A DNA stretch of 64,000 nucleotides. It comes from Lama glama (Eukaryota). Shown piece after piece: positions 8,641 to 16,955 of the stretch (its first letter is position 1; each line of letters opens with the position of its first letter). The position numbers were made by a program, and so were the translations under genes. The notes under the pieces are model-generated. The model searched no databases. It saw only the letters and a list, made by a program, of their open reading frames with translations, and was not told the origin of the DNA. The DNA lies in assembly GCA_028534125.1 (NCBI GenBank), contig CM052816.1, positions 100,380,001 to 100,444,000 on the forward strand. The letters are read 5' to 3'.

Positions 8641-11626
8641 CTTGCAGCATGTTCTCCTGACTGATTTTTTTTTAAGAAGACCAAGCCAACTTTAAGAAAA
8701 GGGAAAGTGATTTTTAAAAAAATCAGAAAGCTTTCAAGTAACACGGAGTTTATATATCCCAATAACTATGCCGAGCGTGAGTTTTAATGTCTGTGTGTAG
8801 GCATTTTAATTTGCTACAGTCACTACCAATAAAAACGGCATGTAGTGAGATTCGACTGTTTAATAGTGCAAGGTAGACGGTTTTTATTAGTAGCAGGCAG
8901 CAGTATGGAAAATTTAGATTTCAGTGGAGGAGTATAATTGCTGGGGGGAAATACAGTCAGAGAAGAGGCTGTCTTTAGAATCGGCAGCATGGAGCTCAAG
9001 GGAGAGGGAAGAGCAGGGCGCCGTTTCTGGAGATGCACTCGGGGCCACGGGAGACCCTCCAAAGCCACGTGCACATGTCTGGTTATGCACTTAATTGATG
9101 TCAAAATCGAGTGTATCGGAGCTTATGCTCCTGCTCCAAACTGAGGATGTTTCTGTAATAATTTGCTGTTTTCTTTTCTGCCCCTGGCAGAGATCAAGCC
9201 CAGGGGGTGCAGGAGGGGGGAGGGCGAGGGGGGCAGCCCCAAATGCTAATGAAACAACAGCAGGAACTGGTCTTCAGAAATGGAAATACTCCAGGCCAGT
9301 CCTCCTTGGAGATAAGAATTAGACCTGATTTTTTTTTTCACTTAAACTATGTAATTGGAATCGAAACGAAGGCTTGTCACCTGATCAGCTGCTGTTCCTA
9401 CTGGCCAGCTAACATGTGCCAGGCTCATTTATGGCCTCTTCCTGGCCGGATTCCCCACAGGACGACCACAAATGCCAGGGATCCTGTCTAGGGCCGGCTC
9501 CGCAGGCTGCCGGGGTTTCTAGCTCTCTCCTTCTTGTTCCTTCTTGAGGCTTAAAGTATCTGCCCTGAACTGAATCAGGGTGGACTTCTTGGGGTAGCAG
9601 CATTGTTGAAACTCCCCTGGCTAGATCCTCGCAGCGGCCCAGAGTGCACAGGAAGTTATGTGTGGAGGGGTTGGGGGCATCAGAGGAATGCTTTTGGGGG
9701 AGAGGTGAGGGGTGATGTGTGGAGGTTCGGGCTGTGGACTGTAGGAAGCGTTGGGGGGAGCAGGTGTGGGAGGACAAGTGGGGGCGAGTGGTTTGGGGGC
9801 TCATAGGGGAGGCAGCCTGTGGAACGTGCCTGGGCCGCACCTACCGGGAGCGCTGCTCCTCCAGGCCAAGGAGGATGGGTTCTACTCGAGCTCAGCACTG
9901 CAGTTGACAACTGGTTCCCATGGACCTGGGGAAAGACAGACGCAGCCTGACTGCCTTGAAGGTCCCGCAGGCTATCAGGCCGGCTGCTGGAGCTTCCTGC
10001 TCCACGAGCTGCAGCCGTGACCAGCAGAGAGGCCGCAGGATGCGCGTGGCGCCCCCGCGACCTCGACCCGAACTCAGTAACTCCTAGAGCTTCTAAGTCC
10101 ACAGGACCGGGGTCTGGAAGTTGGGGAGAGGGAGCTGTGGGCCGGAGCTCCCACTCACCACGTTCTCCCCTTACAGATCACCCACTCGAGACGGCCTCCG
10201 AGGAAGTGGCACCTGTTGTGTGAGCGATCCCGCCGGGACCCTGCACACACGACCCCATGTGGACCTCCCGAGCATCCATCGTGACCCTCCCTCCCCCTTC
10301 CACCAGGTCGCCAGAAGCCGTCTTCCACTGGCCTCCGGTAGGGGAGGGGTGGAGCAGGTATGGGGAGAGCGGTGTTTTCTAGGCACCGGGTCTCAGGGCC
10401 CGTTGCTAAGGTCTCTCCGGCGGGCCCCTGGGGCACCTCCGGAGTCGCACGTTACCTGAGCTACCTGTGCTGCTGACTGCGCCGCCCGTGCCACCAGCCC
10501 GTCGCTTTTTCATCCCTTCGCAAGTGACAGCGAGGCTTCACGTCGTGCCAGAGGCGGTCTGTCCAGTGACAATCATCCCCCGAGTGTTTTATAACACAAA
10601 TCCGAAAGAGGAGTCAACTTATTAAAACAAAATAAAACCCTTTGCGGGGCGGCTTCTTCCCGGGTAAAGCTCTGGAGGCGTGTTGCAAAAACACTTCCTA
10701 GAGCGGAAAGCCCTAATACCCAGGGACTGGGTTTCCACTCCGGACTTCGGGGCAGAAAGCTCACCTCAGGGCCCTCCTGGTAGTTTGCAACGAAAGTGCC
10801 CCGGATCCAGGTCCCGCGAGGACACGATGAGCGGCGCGGGGCAGGCGACCAGACGCGAGGCCACGCGGGGAGCCGCGCACCGTGTGGCAGGCAGGGTGGA
10901 CCCAGGAAGGTGGAAGTGAGAGCCGCGCACGCCACCCCCCGGAGGACCTGGGCTTCGGGTGCCACACTCCCGCCCCCATCACCGTGGCTCCCGGCCCGGA
11001 CGCTAGCGTCCGGGGTGCAGTCACCTGGACCGGCGTCTTCGCGGTGGAGAGAGGGGTACGGGCCGTTCGTCCCCCAAGTGGAAGCGGGCAGCCTCTGCCT
11101 AGTCCTTGCGGGCCGAGCTGGGGGCGGGGCAGTGGAGGGCGGCCAGCGCGCCGCGGGCTGGGGGCTGGCTGCGGAAGGTGGGGGAGCGGGGGCGGGTGAT
11201 GGGAGTCCGTGTGAGTGGGAGGGGGCGCACTGTTCGGCCCCGCCGGGCCGCGGGGCCGCGGGCCGCGGGCTGGGGCTGCGCGAGAGGCGACTGCGCCACA
11301 AAAGCCTGCGCGTCCCTCCCTCCTCCTCCTCCTCCTCCCTCCTTCCCTCCCGCCTCCCGCTCCTCCGCGTTCCCCTCCCCTCCCCTTCGGTCCCCGCCCC
11401 TCCCCCGGCCGCGGCCTGGCGGCTGGAGCGGGCGGAGCGGGCGGAGCGGGCGGAGCAGGGGAGGGGGCGGGCGCCCGAATATGCAGATGAGCGAGTGACG
11501 GACAGCTCCGCGTTCCAATGTCCCTCGGAAACTCGAGCGCTCCTTCCTCAACTCCTCACTCCCGACTCCAGACTCCCCCAAACCCCGACCGCCGGCCTGG
11601 CGCGCGGCTGCGCCCACCGGCTCCGC

Positions 11627-11665
11627 GCCGTCGCTGCCGCCGCCGCCGCCGCCACCGCCCCGCCG
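11627..11665 (+). repeat. (GCC)n trinucleotide tract in the IRX2 5' leader
   Basis: GCCGTCGCTGCCGCCGCCGCCGCCGCCACCGCC. Confidence 0.8.
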
Positions 11666-11830
11666 CTCCCCCGGCCCGCGGGCCGCCCGGGCTAGTGCGC
11701 GGGCCGGCCAGCCTCGGCCCGCGGTCCCCGCGCCCGCCGCCGCGCCGCGCCCCGGCCGGGCGTGGATGGAGGGCGCCGCGCGCCCTGCCCGCTGCTCGGC
11801 GTGACGCGGGCCGCGCGCCCCGCGCCCACC

Positions 11831-12079
11831 ATGTCCTACCCGCAGGGCTACCTGTACCAGGCGCCCGGCTCGCTGGCGCTCTACTCGTGCCCGGCGTACG
11901 GCGCGTCGGCACTGGCGGCGCCGCGCAGCGAGGAGCTGGCGCGCTCGGCGTCGGGCTCGGCGTTCAGCCCTTACCCGGGCTCCGCGGCCTTCACCGCGCA
12001 GGCGGCCACCGGCTTCGGCAGCCCGCTGCAGTACTCGGCCGACGCCGCCGCCGCCGCCGCCGGGTTCCCGTCCTACATG
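11831..12079 (+). CDS. IRX2: Iroquois homeobox protein 2, coding exon 1 (83 codons)
   Basis: CCCACCATG Kozak context. [37 protein letters not shown] is the IRX2 N-terminus. Donor ATG|GTAATC at 12080, phase 0. Confidence 0.97.
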
Positions 12080-13440
12080 GTAATCGCGCGCGGGCGGGCG
12101 GGTTTGGACGCGGGACCCCGGGCTTGGAGATCCTGATCGCGGCTCGCGCGGAGCTGGGCCCGGGATCGGCCAGCGGGGCCGAGGGGAACGTGCCGTGGGC
12201 GGTGGCTCCCGAGTCGCCAGCTGGGGCCGCCGCGCCTCTGGCGGGACAAGAGGCCCGGGTGAGAGGCAGGGCGGCTGGCCAGCGACGTCCTGAGCCCGAG
12301 CTGGGGACCCGCACTCCGCGCCGCTTCCCCTCGGCTCCCGATGTCGTCTTCCCCAAGAGCCGGTGGAGTGCGACTCGGCCGGGGTCGGGATCTGTGCTGG
12401 GTTGTCCTCCTTTCACTCGCCAAGGAAGCCTGAGGAGGAGCGCAGAGCGGGCCTGGGCTCTCTCTTCTTCTGGCGCAGGCGCAAGGGTCGGCGCCACTGG
12501 GGCCTCTGGGGCGACTTAGCATTTACTTGCCGGGCTGGGGTCACCGGGTTGGGGGGGAGAGGGGAGCCTGAGGCCGCGGCTCTAGGGCCCGGCCGGCCCT
12601 CCAAGATCTCAGCCTTAATCTGTCCCATAGGCCACGCTTTCGCAAAACGTGTTGGCGGGCGTCTGTATGGCCCTCTAAGTGCTTCCCCGGTCCTTGCGTA
12701 CCGAGAGAAGCTCCTGCTTCCTCGACCCGGGGTCGGCCCGCGCTCCTCGGGTTCTGCAGCTGGCCTGGCCCGGGTGGTGGCAGAGCGCTACTTAGACAGA
12801 CGATTGAGGCCGTTACGGGGGTTATGGCTGCTGCCCGCCCTTGGTGGAATTCCAGGGCAGCGACGGAGTGGCTGGGGCCTCGGGGAAGGCTGTAAAGTCT
12901 CGAATTTAAACGTTAAAGGCTGAATTAAAATGCTAATTACCGCGTATTTGAAGAATTCGAAACGGTGACTGGCTTCTGAGTTGCAAATTGGATTTGCCGA
13001 GCTTTAGAGCGGTGAATAGCGGAGCGGGGGGCTCTGGGGTGGGTTTTTAACCATGTAAGGGCGGGGAAGGGGGGTCGGGGGAGGCAGCGGCCCTTGGAAC
13101 ATCCAGAGAAATTTAGATATCAAGAAACTACCTGTGGGCCTGTGTGCCTTCGTATTTCTGCCCGTCTGTCCCCGCGGTTCAGGAGCATTTGGGAAGAAGA
13201 TGCATTTTAGGAAAGCAAGAGCGTTCGCAAACGTGAGACCAAGACTGCGCCGCCTGTCGTGATCCACAGCTGGCCTCAAATTACCCGCTGGGGCCTTTTG
13301 CTCTGTTGCTGCGGGAAGCGCCGCTCCAGCGCTGGAGACACCGTGGGAAAGGCGGCCACGGGCTGGCGGAGGGGCCGCCCTCGCGCTGATGCCTGTCAGG
13401 GCCCCGAGCAACCCGCTCACCAGGTTCTTGTCGGTTGCAG

Positions 13441-13846
13441 GGCGCGCCCTACGACGCACACACGACCGGGATGACGGGTGCCATCAGCTACCACCCTTAC
13501 GGCAGCGCGGCCTACCCGTACCAACTCAACGACCCAGCCTACCGCAAGAACGCCACGCGGGACGCCACGGCAACGCTCAAGGCCTGGCTCAACGAGCACC
13601 GCAAGAACCCCTACCCCACCAAGGGCGAGAAGATCATGCTGGCCATCATCACCAAGATGACCCTCACGCAGGTCTCCACCTGGTTCGCCAACGCGCGCAG
13701 ACGCCTCAAGAAGGAGAACAAGATGACGTGGGCCCCGAGGAACAAAAGCGAGGACGAGGATGAGGACGAGGGTGACGCGGCCAGAAGCAAGGAGGAGAGT
13801 CCGGACAAGGCGCAGGAGGGCACCGAGACGTCGGCAGAGGACGAAG
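13441..13846 (+). CDS. IRX2: IRX2 coding exon 2 (TALE homeodomain and acidic region)
   Basis: Acceptor TTGCAG|GGC. Encodes [60 protein letters not shown] (PYP loop, WFANARRR). Donor GAAG|GTGAGC. 406 nt, ends in phase 1. Confidence 0.98.
13531..13722 (+). other. IRX2: Iroquois-class TALE homeobox
   Basis: [34 protein letters not shown], with Ala at homeodomain position 50 as in the Iroquois family. Confidence 0.97.
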
Positions 13847-14174
13847 GTGAGCAGGGGGCCGCGGCGGGATCGAGGTTGAGGGAGCTTTCTTCCCAGGCGG
13901 GGCGCAGAGCTGGGCTCCGGGAGAAGGCAATCTGGGAGGACGCTGCCCCCCCCCACCTCCCCCCACGACTTTCCAGGTTTGGGCCTGTTGTCCAGGCCGC
14001 CTGGCATGCCGGGCCCTGTGCCTCCTCCAGGAGCGCTTCCCGGGATGCTCATACTCCCTCCAGGACGCGGCTGGCGTTGGGTGGAGGTGCGGGAGCCTGT
14101 GGGGCAGCGCCCCCCACCCCACAGGGTGCCCGCAGTGTCCCCGCTTGCCACAGACTGTGCCCGTGCCCCTGCAG

Positions 14175-14888
14175 GGATCAGCCTGCACGTCGACTCGCTC
14201 ACGGATCACTCGTGCTCCGCCGAGTCAGACGGGGAGAAGCTGCCGTGCCGGGCCGGGGACCCTCTGTGCGAGTCGGGCTCGGAGTGCAAGGATAAGTACG
14301 ACGACCTGGAAGACGACGAGGACGACGAGGAGGAGGGAGAGCGGGACCTGGCGCCGCCCAAGACCGTGACCTCGTCGCCGCTGACCGGCGTGGAGGCGCC
14401 GCTGCTGAGCCCCCCGCCCGAGGCCGTGCCCCGCGGGGGCGGGGGTGGCAAGACGCCCCTGGGCAGCCGGACGTCGCCGGGCGCGCCGCCGCCCGCCAGC
14501 AAGCCCAAGCTGTGGTCTCTGGCCGAGATCGCCACGTCGGACCTCAAGCAGCCGAGCCTGGGCCCGGGCTGCGCGCCGCCCGGGCTGCCCGCCGCCGCCG
14601 CGCCCAACTCGTCCGGGGCGCCGCCCGGAGGCTCGCCCTACCCCGCGTCACCGCTCCTCGGCCGCCACCTCTACTACACGTCGCCCTTCTACAGCAACTA
14701 CACCAATTACGGGAACTTAAACGCGGCGCTGCAGGGCCAGGGGCTCCTGCGGTACAACTCGGCGGCCTCGGCCCCCGGAGAGGCGCTGCACGCGGCGCCC
14801 AAGGCGGCCAGCGACGCGGGCAAGGCGGGCGCGCACCCGCTGGAGCCCCAGTACCGGCCCCCGGGCGGCGGCTACGAGCCCAAGAAAG
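14175..14888 (+). CDS. IRX2: IRX2 coding exon 3 (acidic tract and IRO box)
   Basis: Acceptor CCCCTGCAG|GG. Reads [39 protein letters not shown] (IRO box at 14501-14542)..GGYEPKK. Donor AAAG|GTAGGC. 714 nt, phase 1 to phase 1. Confidence 0.97.
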
Positions 14889-15686
14889 GTAGGCTGCCTG
14901 CGGCCCGCGGGTCCCCTGGGGAGGGAGAGCCTGGTCCCTGGTTAGTGAGCACTCTGGAGGAGCAGGGGAAGGGGCCGGGGCACCTGTAGGTCTGCCTGGG
15001 GGGAGCTTTGTCCCTTGAAGGAGAGGAGGAGAATGACAGCCTGTCCTGGGCCGGCGGCTCTTGCACGACAAGCTAGGAGGAGAGAAGGGTGGTGAAGGCA
15101 GGAAAGGGCCCGGAGATCTTGGCCTCACGAGAGGGCCTGTCTCCCACCCCGTGCTGCTGACTTCCCCTTGATTTGCTATTTTTGCTGCTCTGAGTATCGT
15201 CGTGACCGGTTTGCTCTCGGCAAACACAAACTGCCACAGTTGCAAATTACCGCTTGTCTCCGTGCTGCCTGAGCCCAGCTCCTGCACTGCCTGTGGGTTA
15301 ATAGCGTCTCGGCTGAATCTCCTCTTCCGCCTTTGGCTGGAAAGAAACAAAATGCCCCGGTTCCTCCCACAGGCCTTAGTATTTCAAAATTTCAAAATAG
15401 AAAACAGGAGCCTTTTTTCTTCCTCTCCTTTTCCTCATACTGCCTCTATCGTTCAGAATTCAGGTGGGAGCTCATAAGACCTGTAAAAGAAAGTCAAGGG
15501 GGAGAGACAGTGAGGAGGAGGGAACAGAGCGAGGTCCATCTCAGACATGGCGGGGAGACAGTCAGGTGCCCCAAGCCGCTTGCCGGGTGCAGGGAGCGTG
15601 GGTGTGCGGGCTGGTGGCTGCACTGCTGTCTGGGAGACAGATGGCTCTGGGGTCAGGTTCTGACTCACTGCCCCCTCCCCTGACAG

Positions 15687-15739
15687 ATGCCAGTGAGGGC
15701 TGCACCATGGTTGGTGGGGGCGTCCAGCCCTACCTATAG
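15687..15739 (+). CDS. IRX2: IRX2 coding exon 4 (C-terminus and stop)
   Basis: Acceptor CCCCTCCCCTGACAG|AT. Gives DASEGCTMVGGGVQPYL-TAG, matching the recalled IRX2 C-terminus. Total CDS 249+406+714+53=1422 nt = 473 aa plus stop. Confidence 0.95.
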
Positions 15740-16446
15740 AAGGGCCGCACACAGCAATGCAAGTAAGTGAGCTCCCCGGGGTCCCCCGCCTCGGGGAGCC
15801 TCCCTGCGCCGATCGCTCTGTAAACTCGCTTAATGTGTATTTCTTGCTTCTTGTCACAAGGTCTGAGGACAGAGCATTGCAATCTTCTCCTGGTTTTTAT
15901 TTTTTTCTTTAAGTAGGCGAGGACCCCTGCTCGTTTACAGAGCCCCTCTTTCTCGCTCCAGTTCTGCTTTGCAGAATCACTCTAACTGGAATATATTTAT
16001 TGCACCACTGCGGTTGTTTTCTCTTTGGAAAAATATTTAGTGATTAAAGTCTGAATATTTGTTTGCAATTTGGAACCATTAATTTTTTTTACCGCGCTAG
16101 ACACTTAATAGACACTTGCTGTGATGAGCTAGCGCCCCTGAAACTTGGGGCATCAAATCCCTTTAGAGATGATGCTTGCAGAGTCAGACTAGGGAGACAC
16201 AGAAGGTCTTTTATCAGGCCCGTCCCCATGTCCAGATGGATTAGATAGGACCGTGCAGTTGGCCTGGCTGACAGCAGTATCTCAAAAAAAAAAACCCACT
16301 TTACAAGTAGACAGCATTACTAATCGCAGATCTTGAAGATGGGAAAAGAGGCAAAACCATGTGAGAGGGATTTCTTTTTAAAATGTGATGGTGCTGGTTT
16401 GGGACTGAAGGATTTGGGGTGATTGGGTTTTTTCCTTGGTCCACAG

Positions 16447-16955
16447 GTAGGTGTCACAATTGCTTTGGAAAAAAAAAAAGTCAGCAGGCCATTCTCTCTT
16501 TCCAAGTTCATAAATATAGAGACATAAAAAACCTGATCTCTAAATCAGGACCCATCTCGTGCCACTGTGAAGGAGAAGGAGCCACAGGGCACTGCCAACC
16601 CACAGACCATCGGAACAGACTTTTGTTGGACGTATGTGAATTTGCTGGCATAGTGTAGTTTCCCCAATGTATGTGTGACTTTTGAAAACAATCTTTTTTC
16701 TCAGGATATCTTGAATTGATCACTTCATTGCCACGGTATATATTCTATAGGTGTGATAGGATTTACTGTAAAATTGATTTGTAAAAGATGTACACAGTAG
16801 AAATAAAACGTGATTATAGAACTTGAGTACTTAAGAAGTGGAAACAAATTTGATATTTATTTTTATAATGATATAAAGCTTCTAGTAATTTATGCAAGTT
16901 GTATTGCAACGGAATCTAAACTTTTTGTAAATAAACCCTGCCTGGTTTTTATTTG
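16447..16955 (+). other. IRX2: Probable terminal non-coding (3' UTR) exon of IRX2
   Basis: Donor CAA|GTAAGT at 15763 and acceptor TTTTTTCCTTGGTCCACAG ending at 16446. AU-rich sequence follows, with AATAAA at 16802, 16930 and 17028. Confidence 0.6.
16930..16935 (+). terminator. IRX2 polyadenylation signal (most likely of three AATAAA)
   Basis: AATAAA with TGTA just upstream and U/GU-rich sequence downstream (TGGTTTTT; CTTTGTTGGTTGTTT). Confidence 0.6.

Larger units (their letters stand above)
7830..11000 (-). ncRNA. C5orf38: Orthologue of human C5orf38/CEI (IRX2 divergent transcript, IRX2-DT); reading frame disrupted, probably non-coding here
   Basis: Minus-strand peptides VAPEAQVLRGVACAALTST, RGSPRGLASGRLP..GPGSGA..RRALR, FVL, KHSGDDCHWTDRLWHDVKP and VHGNQLSTAVL are colinear with the human CEI protein as recalled. 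Inferred exons: ~11000-10765 (donor GTGAGC), 10601-10465 (donor GTAGCT, or GTAACG 9 nt further), 9925-9845 (acceptor TCTTTCCCCAG, donor GTAGGT) and a terminal exon 8229-~7830 (acceptor TTTCTTGTCCCAACAG, AATAAA at 7852-7847). The 5' end is unknown. Confidence 0.75.
10000..14910. promoter_or_regulatory. Large CpG island with the bidirectional IRX2/IRX2-DT promoter, extending through IRX2 exons 1-3
   Basis: Extreme GC and CpG density, many GGGCGG boxes, a (CCT)n pyrimidine tract at ~11314-11405 and a 9-bp GGAGCGGGC repeat at 11425-11460. No obvious TATA box. Confidence 0.85.

Noticed and set aside
6310..8762. Overlapping 125-232 aa ORFs on both strands
   Set aside because: Arg/Pro/Gly/Ala-rich peptides in all frames are a by-product of CpG-island composition; no recognisable domain.
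9621..9640. Minus-strand AGG ATC TAG (R-I-stop) as the possible end of the CEI frame (recalled human C-terminus ..RQRI)
   Set aside because: The match is too short and there is no clear AG acceptor immediately upstream, so I cannot support it as an exon.
10796..12519. 299-aa (10796-11695) and 333-aa (11518-12519) + strand ORFs
   Set aside because: Low-complexity GC-driven frames. The first stops before the IRX2 ATG; the second is out of frame with IRX2 and runs into intron 1.
13441..14888. Alternative identity as IRX5, IRX1 or another paralogue
   Set aside because: The N-terminus [24 protein letters not shown], the C-terminus GGGVQPYL and the head-to-head CEI orthologue all indicate IRX2.
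13417..15350. Long antisense ORFs over IRX2 exons 2-3
   Set aside because: Expected shadow ORFs opposite GC3-rich coding sequence.
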